DNA of 64,000 nucleotides from Lama guanicoe (Eukaryota). The position numbers were made by a program, and so were the translations under genes. How positions within the stretch are numbered: position 1 is the first letter of the stretch; each line of letters begins with the position of its first letter. Shown piece after piece: positions 13,200-26,499 of this stretch. The stretch is from the NCBI GenBank assembly GCA_013239625.1, contig MU054323.1, forward strand, positions 13,997,950-14,061,949. Reading direction: 5' to 3'. Below the pieces are notes generated by a model. It saw only the letters and a list, made by a program, of their open reading frames with translations, ran no database searches and was not told the DNA's origin.

Positions 13200-14460
13200 A
13201 GACCTAGACCAAAATTAATGAGAATAAGCAAAGCTCAAATTTTTCGGGCCTGGATTCTAGGGACATGTTTCACTAGGGGCATTTCCTAATTCCAAAATAA
13301 GTGATCAGAAAGCTAAGCAATGTTTGACGGTTTTGAATGACTCAGGGGAAAAAAGAAGTTGAAGTCTTGAGCCTCTCAGAGGTAGAAAAAGGTCTAATAA
13401 CTCTCGGCTATTTCATGTGGGAGCCCAGTGTTCTGGTACCTAGGAATAAGGATGCGTTAGAAACAGTATAGCTTTCGTAAGAATGAAACCTAAAACTAAA
13501 TCACCTAACACCAGAAGTTGAATTGCAGTTATCCCAGATTGCAGGTGTTTCCAAGAACATGGCAAAGCAAATAAAAATTCTCTCTGAAGAAATAAACCAT
13601 CATTCTAGACCTCAAATTATTTCTAAAAGCAATTTTTCATATCCAGTGTTTGACAAGCAATAAAAAATAACTGGGCACACAATGCTGTGAGATAACATGA
13701 ATGAGAATTAGCTGTAACAACAGAAAATAGAAAGACTTTTAAGAGATTGAGATATTACAATTTTAATTATGAGATAGTTTAAAATAATTATGCTTATATA
13801 TTCAAGAAGAGAAAGAACAAGATAGGAAATTTCAGTAAATAGCTGGAAACTATTTAAAAAAGGGAGATAGCACAACTGAAAAAGAAAGTAGATATTTTAG
13901 AACTGAAAAAATACATTATAAGGTAAGATCCTATTGGATATATTTAAAAGTAGGTTAAGGACAACTGAAGATATAAGTGAAATGTAGGTAAGAAAAACAC
14001 ATTCAGAATGAAAAACAGACAATTTGAGAAATACGGAAGAAATGGTTGGAGACAAAAAGAATCCACTGACACATTTTAACTTAGTATAATTAAGGTTCTA
14101 GAAAGAAATAAATGAGAGAATGAAACAAAAGGCATGTTTAAGATAATGGCTGTTTTTTTCAAAATGATAAAATATATCAAGCCAGAGATTCAAGAAAACT
14201 TATGAACCCAAAGAAAATTTTAAAAAGGCAAATCCACTTTTGAGACCTTCAGAGCTAAATGGAAGAAAATTGAAGACAAAGAAAATAAAAGTTCAGTGAA
14301 AGACTAAAGAGATTACACTAAAATAAAGAAAAATTAAACTGACTATTGACTTATCAATAGAAACAAGTAGTAGAAACCAAAAAAATAGAATATTATCTTT
14401 AAAATTCTGCAAGATAATCCAACCTAGGTTTTATACTCAGAAAAAAAATTCTTAAACTTA
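13200..14460 (+). mobile_element. Ancient L1/HAL1-like 5' region and ORF1 remnant
   Basis: A-rich decayed ORF1 pattern (ttttagaactgaaaaaatac, agccagagattcaagaa, actgactattgacttatcaatagaaac). Confidence 0.6.
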
Positions 14461-14619
14461 TGTAGTATTCAGCTTCATAGTTTAAAAATATGGAAAAGTA
14501 AAAAATTAATAGATTGGTTATACTGCATATCAGGGCTTGTAGAGAATGTTAAAGATATTAAAGTCATATACTCAGGAAAATAAAATAACATTGAGGTATT
14601 TCTTCAAATCATCATAAAT

Positions 14620-15250
14620 TTATTCATCAAATATTCATTGGGGTACCTACTATATGTCTGATATTGAAACAGTCAAAATCTATGCTTTAATGGAGCTTAT
14701 ATTCTTGTGATGAGAAATAACAATAGTAGCAAAAACAAAACAAATATATAATATATAAATAAGTATTATATAACATATGAAACAAATATACTATCATTAC
14801 ATAACACTGAGATAAGAATGGTAGGGGTGGTAGGGGTTCTCGGAAGAGACCTCTCTGTTGAGGTGACATTTAAGTAGAGATCTAAAGGAAGAAGGAGGAA
14901 GCAGTAGAGGTACCTGTGGGCAGACTTTTCCGTGTAGGAAAGAAGGTAAGGGTACATTTGAGGACCATGATGCAGGGCAGTGCCTCCAAAGCAGTGGAAA
15001 GGAGGAGAATGCTAGACCCACCAGATCATAAGGTTGTCTGTGGCCTTTGGATTATTCTGTGATTGCAGGTGCAGAGAAGGGCTAGGATTATGGAAGATTT
15101 TGTGAAGGAGAGTGCCATGATCAGGGTTAAATTTTAAAAGAATCCCTTTGGCTGCTGTTAGGAGAAAGAAAAACACAGGAGTCATTGAGGAAGACTTGCA
15201 GAAGTCTGTGTGCAGGATGCTATTGGTTATCCCTGGAGAGCTGCTGGTGT
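14620..15250 (-). mobile_element. L2 3' region
   Basis: attcatcaaatattcattggggtacctactat...ggagcttatattct...gaggtgacattt...aagaatccctttggctgct. Confidence 0.75.
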
Positions 15251-15914
15251 GCATGGTGAAACGATGTGTTGTATATTTCAGCTATCTGCAAAGGGTTAAT
15301 AGAGTATTTTCATTAAGTGTTTGCAGGTCTCCTGAAGGATATATTTAGAAAATATAAGTTGAATTAAAGTGAAAAAGTTTAGGGGCAACTTTAAGGAAAT
15401 TTTATTAAAGTGAACTATAGAAGTTCTAAAAAATGTCATCTTAATTCAGTGACTTCAGATTATTTATTTTGTTTGGGAAACTACAATAGGTCACCTCTTC
15501 AGATATGAAATAGCAATTTTTTAATTCAAAATATATTTTAATGGTACATTTCCAACACGGTATTTCCTTGGAATTACAATCTATTCTAAATCAGTCAATG
15601 TGAGAGGTTTCACTGCATTAGAAAGATTTTTCTTTAAAAAAATGTTCTGAAGATACTGGATTTCTGAGTCTATGAATCCCAGAAATAGTAGTCTAGTTTC
15701 TTGAATAAATTTGTATTACTAGGTGGATGATGAACTCTCTCTTTTTACCTAGAAACTTACCCTCAGAAGATGTTTCATCTTTTTAGAGTAATAAAATCAC
15801 CAGGTTTCTTTGTGAGGTCTCTCTCTCTCTTTTTTATTTTTTTCTTTCTTCACCCATGTCATTGCTCCAGATACTCCTGGAGTTCATATTACAGTTTAAA
15901 ATAAGTGTTGGGAT

Positions 15915-16022
15915 GGGGAGGGTATAGCTCAGTGGTAGAATGCATACCTAGCATGCTCAAGGTACTGGGTTCAATACCTAGCACCTCTGTTTAAAATAAT
16001 AATAATAATAAAAATAATAAAA
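15915..16022 (+). mobile_element. tRNA-derived SINE, Vic-1-like (camelid)
   Basis: ggggagggtatagctcagtggtaga (A box) ... gggttcaatacc (B box), an (AAT)n tail, and a degenerate flanking repeat aaaataagtgttgggatg / aaaatgaagattggatg. Confidence 0.85.
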
Positions 16023-16649
16023 TGAAGATTGGATGAGTCTACCCCAGAGTTCCAGGTCTGGCAGAATAATCACCATCCAGACTATAATTAAATTTCAGTG
16101 AATTGCTGAAGTGAGAGATTATTTAAGCAAATATGCAAACAGCATTTTAGTCTTTTCCTTCAAATGACAAAATTACATAATAACTATTAAAATTCATAAT
16201 CCTAGGATTAACCTCTAACTTTGAGATTAGCTTGCTCTTTGTGTCTCAACTCAGTTTCTTCACTTTCAAATCCAGAAGAGTTTAAAAAATGATTTTTAAA
16301 TGGCATTCCCCCTTATTAAGTCTTATTCTAATCCTGTAATAGAATTAATTAACTGATGAAGAATATAGTCTTTAGGATTCAAAAATAAATTATTGGAAGT
16401 TTTTTTAAATGAAAAGATAAATAGGTGGGGATCTATGAATCTCAGGTATACCTAACTTTGGGTACAGAGTGGACTTTTAAAAAAAGTTTAAATTGAGAAG
16501 ACATTGAACAACACTGATAACATGCCCTGCCTTCATGGGGAAGCTTCGGAGATGCTATGAAGATACACCAAATAGGCTCAAGCTAGCTTGATATTTTTTT
16601 GGAGGTATTTCTGTTGCTGCTGATTTATAAAAGCCCATACCCATTAATT

Positions 16650-17700
16650 GAAGAATATTTAAAGGTTATAAAATATACAAAGTAGAAAACCAAAGTCCCC
16701 AGTCCTTTATCCTGATCTACCACCGCCCTGCTCTCTGAGATAATCACTGCTAATAGTTTTGTATATATTTTTTATTGTATGATATATGTTATATAGTTGG
16801 GCAGATGATGTATTTATGGTATGTCTAATGTGTCTACTGGATCAGGGTGTTTTTCACTTAGCAGTGTATCATGAACATTTTCCATGTTGGAGACATTTAT
16901 GTCATTTGTTTGAAGATCTGCATAGTATTCTGTTGAATCAGTGTATTTGAGTGTGTGTGAGAAATGAGAAACTTAGACTTAAAAAATTAAGACTGCTCAA
17001 GATCTGAACACTCAGTTTAGCTGAGTCCTAATTCCAAAGCCCATATTTTAAAAATGATGTTACAAATCCCGCCTTTGAGTTGTTAATAATTTCTCAGTAA
17101 AAAAAAAAACCCTACAATGACTATCAACATGTTGTTTTCCGTATTTCTAGTTCATTCATTTGGATGAACTTGTAGAAGTAGAGCTGCTGAAGTGAAAGAA
17201 TAGTTTTAATTCTGATAATTATTAGGTGAGAAGGACAGTCTTATCAGTGATACATTTGAGAGAACCTATTTCCCTAAATATTGCTGATTCTAAGACTAAT
17301 CAGTCTTGTTAATTTTGACAAATTAATAGAAGCTAATTAAAAGAATTCAAGGCTGTTTTCAAAAATTTAATGCTTTACTTGTGTTTTTTTCTTTTATGAA
17401 AAAATGGATTTTAGGGTTATTGTCTTAATTTTTACTAAAAGGGAGAAATTCTAAGTAAAAGACATAATGCTTTGTCATATATGTTGCAAATATATTTTAA
17501 AGATTGTTATTTCTCCTTAAATTTTGTGTGACTTTGTTCATGTACAATATTTAAGTACAGTGAAGACATACCTGTGACTTTTAAAATTAGTTTTCTGACC
17601 ATGACACTCTGCTTCAAAAGACTTTAGCTCAACATTATTGAAATACTCTCTTATTCATCTTGTCATAATTTTTTAATGTTAAATTTTAACCCGTAAGTAA
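16650..17700 (-). mobile_element. Highly decayed L1ME-type fragments with an intervening MIR piece (~16950-17050)
   Basis: gagataatcactgctaatagttt, ctgcatagtattctgttg, ctttgtcatatatgttgcaaatat. Confidence 0.5.
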
Positions 17701-18597
17701 TCAGTGATAAATTTTTTGTGTTCATGGTGGGCACTGCCCCACACCAGTTGAAGGGTTAGTTTTCCCCAAATTTAATGAAGACTTTATTTGTAAATATAAC
17801 TTTCAGTATTTTCTAAATTCTACTTAATGTAATATCAACTTTATTTTTATATTATATATTGTACTTCAAAGTCCTTTCTTAAACTGCACTAAATTTAAAA
17901 AAATACTAATCAGGAATTACATGGATTTAGCTCTAAGTCTATATAGTTTTATTACTAGTCTTAAATGTAAATCCATAGTTCACATTATTTCTATTAAATA
18001 TTTATCTTTCTCCCTTTGATTCATTCTTATGACTCATTTCTTGTTTGGTTAAATTTAATTCTTAAGCAGTTCTTTTCAGAATACTGTATTGGTGTTATAC
18101 TTTCTGAGTTTTTAAATGACTGGTAGAGTTTGTCTCTAAAATTTCCTAAATTGTGCTTCACTAAGTACTACTCCGAGATGTTAACAGATATTTCAAATGG
18201 GACAGGGACATTATTGTCAAAGAAATTTGGGAAAATGGGTTGAAAAATTAAACTAGTTTGTTGATGTATTTTTTATTTGATTTTATTGCAGAATTTCTAA
18301 AAGCTCTTAATAAAAACGCTTTATGCTTCTTTAAGGAATAAATCTGATATTTATTTCTAAACTGTAAGTATCCATAGTTACTCTTTAATAACAAACACAT
18401 ATCAAGATCTTATGGAATAATAATTGGGATAGTTCAGAAAATACTGGAGTTTGGAGTTTTAGATGCTCTGTATATGGAGGCTAATGGAGGATATCCTATA
18501 AAAATGTAAGGAAAATTACCCTGCTTACTCATACCAGTCTGTTAGTGAATTGGGCTCTAACCTGTGCATTGGAACTACCCTCTCCTCTCTGTATCAT

Positions 18598-19010
18598 AGT
18601 CATTCATCCATTCATTTATTCATCAATATTTAATTGGTGCCTGCTGTGTTCCAGAACTCTTCTAGACCTCAGAATACAGTAGTGGACAAACTAGAAAAAA
18701 GAATCTTATGGAGGTTAATGGGGGAAGGAGGGAAGATAGAAAATAAATGAATAAAAGTCAAAGTTTATCATATGATAGAAACAGTATAACACAGAGAAGG
18801 AGCCTAGTGGTGTGTGTATGTGTGTGTGTGGTTGAGGGTGAGTTTTAGTAAGGTTTAGATTAAAGTAAGTGGTCAAAAATGTTTTACTGAGGAAGTCATG
18901 TTTTAATAAGGACCTATAGGACGTGAGAGACAAAGCTGGGCAGGTATCTGGGATGAACACTGTCATGAAAAACTCCAGGTAGAAAGAACACTGAGTTGAT
19001 AACCCTTTAT
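18598..19010 (-). mobile_element. L2 3' region
   Basis: cattcatccattcatttattcatcaatattt...gtgcctgctgtgttccag...gaatacagtagtggacaaa. Confidence 0.7.
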
Positions 19011-19735
19011 GGGTTTGTAAAAAGCAGAATGACAATTCAAACCCACTTTTAATGAGATATTTAATTATTTTAATTGGGAGCAAGTTTGTTATAACAAGAA
19101 ACATGTACATGTCAGCTGTAAGAAGGGCCTAACTACACTGTAAGTGACTCTTCCCTTGCTGAGAAATCTTTTTTCCGTGAGAGATGCAACAGTTTTTCTA
19201 GGTGCAATTTCTGTCCTTAGAGAAGCAACCAGGAGATGATCTGAATCTGTCCTGCAACTCTGCTAAAGTGACCCATATTCTGATCTACACCCTGATAGTA
19301 ATTTCTTCATATGACTCATTTTTGTATTTTCTAAGAAATAGAAATTGCAAAAAAAAAAAAAAAGTTGCCACTCAAAATGTTAAAGTTACCTGCACTATCC
19401 AGTATGGTTACTGAGGCAAATTTTCCTCAGAGATTATTTCAAACTCTGGCCAATAGAGTGGATTGCTGTTGGCATTACACCAGCCTGTGGGGAAATCTAA
19501 GACTGTTCCCTCCAAAAGCATGACAGGCATCACAAGTATCATAGAAGCCTGGTATTGGGACTGCATGTATCGCTCAAGAATAGAACATTTAGGGGAACAA
19601 AAATTTCAATTCTCCATCACCTTCACGTATTTTCATTTGGCTCATAGCTTGTCTTACTAGCTCAGTTTTAGAACTTGAGTTAGTACTGTAAAGGGAATGA
19701 CACAACTACCCATTGCATTTGAAATTTAAAATGCT

Positions 19736-19762
19736 CTGTGTGTGTGTGTGTGTGTGTGTGTG
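19736..19762. repeat. (TG)n microsatellite
   Basis: Perfect TG run. Confidence 0.95.
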
Positions 19763-19939
19763 GTGTCAGAGAGAGGCATTAGAATAGGGCTTCTAGAATA
19801 AAGAGCTAAATTCTTTTTTCTTCCTTATGTTGAAGAAGTACTAATGAGTTTGAGAATTTAATGTTGAAGATAATTCCAAACTATCTGCTTTATATGTGAT
19901 TTTCTTTCACTCTCTCAAGAAATTGTCTTCCGTAATATT

Positions 19940-20395
19940 TTTTATTGAGGAGTAATTTATTTGCGATAGATTTATTCATTTGAAGTGTACAATTTGGTGA
20001 ATCCTGTCAATTGTAGACATTAATGAACCCACCACCTCATTATGGAACAGAATGTCTCGATTGGCCCCAGAAGATCCCTCACATCCCTTTGCAGTCGATC
20101 CCTCCTCCCACCCTTGCCCCACTTAACCACTGATCTGTTTTGTTTCATTATGGATTAATTTGCATCTTATATAAGTTAAATCAGAGTATGTATTTTATTT
20201 TTCTCTTATTCTTTAACTCAGCGTAATGATTTTGCAAGTTATCTATGATATCAGTAGTTCATTTCATTTCACTATCAAATGATGTTTCATGTTCTACATA
20301 TACAACATTTTGTTTACCTTTTTACATGTTGATGGATGTTTGTGTTATTTCTGTTTTTGGGCAATTTCAAATAATGCTGCTCTAAACATTTACAA
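19940..20395 (-). mobile_element. Old L1 3' end (L1MB/MC-like)
   Basis: ttttattgaggagtaattta...aagtgtacaattt...aaccactgatctgttt...gttgatggatgtttg...aataatgctgct. Confidence 0.75.
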
Positions 20396-23389
20396 ATCAT
20401 ATCTCCTGAGACTAAATCAATTTGATTCACTTACAGGATTTAAACTTCACAAATTGAACTACCTGCTTACACTGCAGAGCTACAATAGTTCTAGTAACAC
20501 TACAAGTTTGGAAATTTCTTAGCTCTGTGTGTCAGGTAAAACCTTGCATGTGGAGTTCGTAATAAAGCTTTTGAATACAGCTTCACTGAATAAAATTTGA
20601 AATTTAACATCATCTAAGAAGATAGTAGAATTTAAATATTCTCACCAAAAAAATGTAAAATAAAATCACGTAAGTAAACGCAATGGTCAATAAGACTGAA
20701 TCACTGTCGATCACAGACATTAAAAAGGAAAATATAATATGTGTGGCACCCATAATACACGAGCTGTATGAGCTCTCCAGGAAAACACAGAGATGCAAAC
20801 CCCAAAATAGCTAGTGATCAACCACGTTAGTCAGCTGTCATGCTGGTAAGGATTATAATAACACTGTTGATCAACAACATGGAGTAAAGACTGTATGAGT
20901 AGAGTCCAATGCTAGCCTATAACACTATTAATTCATTATAATAAATTCCTAGGAACATTAAATAATTATATAAATTCCAGTTCAAGTCACTTTTCATCAA
21001 ATGTCTTTAATCATTCACATAAAAGTCTTAATAGAAACTATAAAATTCAGAGAAATCAGTTCAAGATGCTTTAAAGTACAGCAGATTTTGAAATAGAGCT
21101 GTATTGCAGTATGCAATACACAAATTACAGCACAGTAATAATTCATGTTATATAGCATGATTACTTTTTCACATATATTAACTCTATAGTTGTTACAATG
21201 CATTAGGGGAAAGGGAACAAAAGAAAGTCTTCTAAATTTTCTTCAGTGGAAAATATAGAAGTTAATTGGGATTACTAAAACAAAATAAAACAAGAAACAA
21301 CACAAGATACTCTAGAGTTCACCACAGGGACACATAGATACTGATGATACTTCCCATATAAAGTGGGTTATACCAGGCATGAAAAACTTATTTTCTACTT
21401 TTTACAGGATTTTTTTAACCCTCTTGGCTCCCTCTTCTACTCTAGTCATCTGTAAACTGTAGCCACCAGAATGTAAGCTCCATGAAAGTAAGAATTTGGT
21501 CTTTTTTGTTCACTCTTGTATTCTGAGCGTGCAGAACAGTGCTGAGTAATGGATAAGTAGTGAATGTTCTGTGGATACTTATTCATGAATGCTTTTCCTT
21601 TGTTTCTACAAACATATAGAAACATGTATTCAGACTACAGCTGAATACCATGATGCTCCAAGTTCCACTGTCATTTAAGAAACTATTGAGAGTGAATCTA
21701 CAATGCTTCGTACTCACAAACAAGTAACAAACAACTTCACCACATTTCTGAGTGTTCACTAAGAGATGAGGTAATCATTATGCTCATTTTCCAGGAATAC
21801 ACCTCAAAACAAAGTTCAGTTTTATCTGAATTGCTCTGGTATACCTGTACTACCATTTATTCAAGGTTGACTATATTCCTCAGCCTTGTGCAAAGACTTT
21901 TATATTCATTATTCTTCTCATATAGATGAGAGAACTTGGAATGCTTCTTTTCTTACACGTTTCTCCACAACAAGAGACAATAAATTCTCAGTTAGTTGAT
22001 TTTCTCCTTGGGAAGGTATTCTATAGCAGTGAGGACTTTGGTAAATGATCAGTGGATGAATGAATGAATGGCTAGTTAGACAGATTTGCTGTGGTAGGAT
22101 TTTCAGATGAAGAAATGATTGCTTTCTGAATGTGCAGTAGTACCTTGTTATTTGTCAGTAGAAGGACTTTGTATGTTGCGTCCACAGTCAAGTAAATTTA
22201 ATGTGAACTATCAAAATTCATTTGGAATCATTTAAAATATACAGAAGATTCATGTCATCTTCAGGACACAGAGGAGTGCAGGCTTCCAAGACTCAAGGTC
22301 TTTAAATTAAAAGAAAAACAAACATACATAACCTATAATTCCATTAAATTCCAAGGACTTTAGAATCAGTCAGGAAGATATTAGATGTTTTTAAGCCCAC
22401 CCCTCTCCAGTGCAAAATTCAATCAAGTAATCAACTTGTGTAAAAGTTGAAATAAAAAGTAGATTGTGTGAGCTACAAGAATAAATTGTTTTGAAGTTCT
22501 GAAAAGTTTCAAGTATAGAAAAGTTGTCAGTCTGATTGTCCAGGTTTGAAACAAACCCCTCTGGAGGTTGACTGCTCTGTATCTCATCTTCAAGAGATTA
22601 TATAGCCTCAGTTAACTGAGATAATTTTTTTTCCTTAGTGGCTGCACATATTTCAACTCCAGGGGACTTAAAATTAACAACAAATTTATTTTTAAAATAT
22701 TAGAATTAATTTTTTAATCTTAGGAAGACATATATTAGGTATTTGTCATTTCATCTGCTTAAAATCTTAAGAGAATTTGATAAATTAGGGTAATAACCTT
22801 GTAAGGCCAATTTAAAGTGTAAAATTGAGTAAAAAATTGTAATTGTAGATTTATGACTCTAAGTTGAAATCTTACCAAGTTTATGCGCTATTTTGAAATA
22901 TCTAAGTTTATATTCACAGTACTTATAAAGTTGATTTAATTTATGTGAATTACTTAGTGCTATTATCTGGAAGGTTTTGTTTGCTAAATTAGACAATTAA
23001 AGTAATTTAAAATAGAAATTCATTTACTTTTATTAAATTCACATTGTGATTGAAATATTTGAGGGTATGCAATAAAATTTGTAAAAGGAGCCAAACATTA
23101 TTCAAAGTTCTTTGAAAGTAATTACTTAAATTTGTCAGTTTATAAATAGAAAAATAAGATTTGTATGCTAAACTTAAAGATTTAGCATAGAAGTAGGGCT
23201 TTGAATTTCTAACTGTAATAAATTGAATATTAATTTTGAATACAAAGCAAAAAACCACTGTAAAGTCTTTTGAGTGCATCAAAAACACTCACAGCAACAT
23301 TAATTTTATTTAATACTACTTTACTTTTATTACAGTCATGTTTAGCATAGTTTTTATACTCCTAGGTGTTCATTTGATGTTGATTGAAT

Positions 23390-24545
23390 ACATATCATGG
23401 GTAACTCAGGCACCATTAGCAATTAAACTTGCAAATACTAAACCTGAGAGTACTGGATCAAGGAGGGCAGAATATAAAGATAGTAAGGGAGAGTTTGTCA
23501 ATATGAGAAAATTCTCCTGTGACACAGGATTTAACACCCTGACAAGGCCCCTGGGGGCCAGTTTTAATATTCTGCTATGAAAATTCACAGAGATTTGGAA
23601 GAGATTCCAGAACTGCCATATTAGACCATGGAGGATGGAATGAAAAGGTCCAAAGAAACATGTATGACGTCCACTATATAAGACTAACAGCTGACTGTGT
23701 ATCTGCAGAGGGCCTCAGCAGACACTCCATTTATTATCACAATATGTAATGTTCTGGTGAGGAGGTGGTGGGCACTGACATCAATGAGAAGCATAGTAAT
23801 GCCTGTTCTCTGTAGGCCAGGGCTGATAGTAGTAGACGCTGGGATCTTACAGTAGCAGAGGCCAGTTGCTAGCTCTTAAATGTCTAAAGCAGTGAGGACA
23901 TGGTTACCTTTATGGGCAGAAAAGTTAGAATAGCATCTACAAGGATCTATGGAGATGGATAGTAGACAGTACTATTTCTAGGGAGAAGATAGATGGGCAT
24001 CCAATGAGGATATTGCTTAGTATATATAACCACAGAGTTCAAGGTTAGATCAACAAAATGCTGAGATCAGCTGCCCCAAGAGAAAATCACTAACTCTTGA
24101 TTTGTTTTAAAAATTGGTCCTGTTATCAGACCCAGAAACCATTGACTGAAGGAAAACCCAAGCAAGACAGGTGAGGAAGAACCATGCAACAAGACAAAGA
24201 TAAACAGTAATGACTCACCTAGTCCTGGGAAGACCTACAGCTGTTTACTTTGGAAACCATACACTGAGAAAACAGGACCAACTAGACCTCTCAAGGGTTG
24301 TTAGATATGGAGTCTAAATTGACTTTGATACTCAGGGACCCAAAGCACCATCTCAGAACAGGCACAGATAAGTCAGATAATAGACTTTGGGCCCAGGTTC
24401 ATCTCACTGTAGGTACACTGGATATAGGAACACATCCAATGGTCATTTCCCTGTTACCCAATATACAGTTGAAATATACTTAGCATTGATAAAACCTTTA
24501 TACTGGTTCCTTGACCTGTAGAGTAAGAACTGTTAGAGTCCAGAG
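23390..24545 (+). mobile_element. ERVL internal remnant (gag-protease), heavily decayed
   Basis: Peptides KGEFVNM...DTGFNTLTRPLG (ERVL gag-like) and LLDMESKLTLILRDPKHH (degenerate protease LLDTGSELTLIPGDPK), plus HPMVIS. Confidence 0.75.
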
Positions 24546-24978
24546 ATTCTCAATGATTAGGTCAAAGCTTGACTTTACCTGAGACCACATCCTTTTTTTT
24601 TTTTAACTGCAGTATAATCAACTTATAGTGTTGTGTTAATTTTTAATATAATATTCCTTTTCATATTCTTTTTCACTATAGGCTATTACAAGGTATTGAA
24701 TATAGTTCCCTGTGCTATACAGTAGGACCTTATTGTTTATCTATTTTAAGTATAGTAGTTAGTATCTGCAAATCCTGAACTCCCGATTTATTCCTCCACA
24801 TCCCCCTAGCCCTTTCCCCCTTGTAACCATAAGTTTGTTTTCTGTGTAAGACCACATCTTTGTTCCTGCTTTCCTCTTTTCTTTGACGGCTGTTCTTGAA
24901 TCATACTTCCTCACTAAGTCATGTGCACCTGAATCCCTGACTCAAGTTCTGTAGCTAGGTAACCCAGTCTTCAAACCT
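24546..24978 (+). mobile_element. Partial ERVL LTR (LTR16/LTR33-like) split by the L1 at 24592-24848
   Basis: End ...cactaagtcatgtgcacctgaatccctgactcaagttctg...gtaacccag resembles the ERVL LTR R/U5 region and lies directly after the ERVL internal sequence. Confidence 0.55.
24592..24848 (-). mobile_element. 5'-truncated L1 3' UTR with TSD, inserted in an ERVL-type LTR
   Basis: Poly-T, then ...tatagttccctgtgctatacagtaggacctt...aaccataagtttgttttct. Direct repeat agaccacatc at 24582-24591 and 24849-24858. Confidence 0.88.
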
Positions 24979-26499
24979 ATATGAGTTATCATATTGGACT
25001 GTGTTTTAGGCCGTTTGTAGTAGATATAGTAAATCACTATAATTTAAGCATTTCATAAGTTGGAAATGTGACATATCTTCATAGACCATAACTTTTATGG
25101 GAAAATTACATTTTCGTTCAGAAGTCTGTATTACATTTTCATGGACATACTAAAAATATTCTAAGTAGATAGTGCTGAAATGAAACCACCATCTGGAAAC
25201 TATGTCTGAAGCTTAAAACTGACTTGGATATTGAAAATAATCTATACTTCTGTAATGCCTACTTGGTTTCTCTGAAAAATATGTAGATGACACCAGTTTT
25301 TCCGTAGGAAGTTACAAATACAGATCTTTCTGAATTATTTTAGGTACTGAACCAAGATTTCTTAATTGTGATCAGTTCTTCCTAAAGATTCGTAATTCTT
25401 AAAGAGTTCTTTTTCCATACTTTTGGTATGCATACATTAGAGCTGTGCTTAAGCCTTAATATTTTCCTCCTTCATATTTTGCTGGCCAGTTTTTCTAATT
25501 TATAGGTCCATATTTATTTAAGATTAAAGAATTTTTAAACATAGATATCTTTTAGGCTTTCACTCTCATACCTTCTCATGCTACAGTAAATGGGCTAAAA
25601 GAATGATTAAGGTTATTAAGAATGCACAGAAGAGGATGAGAATGGAGAAAACTGTTTGACTTCTCATCACTAAACATTTAACTTGGGGCAGCTCCAGAAC
25701 TCATGTCAGGCTTTGCTGAGTTATAAATGGCTAATGATTCCTATCCCCCACCCTTCATCCTAAGTCATTTGATAACATAAAAGTGAAAATTGCAGCTACT
25801 CCCATTAATAGCTACAGGTGTGTTTGTGTGTGTGTGAGAGAGAGAAAGAAAGAGACAGGGGCCTGGTGGAGAGGGCATCGAGAAAGGAGAGAGGGAAGGA
25901 GAGGGAAGAGAGATTGTAGGAGGAAAGAAAATAATTAAATGGATAAAGTCCAGTAAGGAAACAAGTAGACCATGACAAACACGTTTAGTACCTCTGGAAG
26001 ATGAAGCAAACATCCCCCTTCTGTGAAAGCCATAAAAAACTGGAAAATGCTGCTCCCTGCATCAATGAGTAGGAAAAATTAAAAATGGCAACTTTTGAGA
26101 CCAAATGAAAATGGTGTTTTGTCTGGAGCATTAAAAGGAAGTAAGGAACAGATTCAGTGATTCCTGAGCAGTTAATGATGAGGGTACCCACTAGGAGCAG
26201 ATGTCTCAGCAATGACCCAAGGCTTCATCTTACATAGAAGTCAGAATTGTTAAGCGATATTTCTATCTTGGTTTCCTCTACATCCTCTCTTAATTGTAGG
26301 AAATTAGAAATACACATGGACACACATGCACACACACACACAAATAACTTTTTAGTGAAAATGGAAATTAACAGAGATTGACTGTTGTCTTCCAATAACT
26401 TACAACTTCCTCCTCATAGAAATAGAGTCAACTGTTTTTAGCTGTCACATGAACAACCAGACTAAATTCTGGAAAATAACTTGTTAGCAGAAGTGAAGC

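Noticed and set aside
15915..15990. Functional tRNA gene
   Set aside because: Mutated stems and B box, an A-rich tail and a degenerate TSD indicate a SINE.
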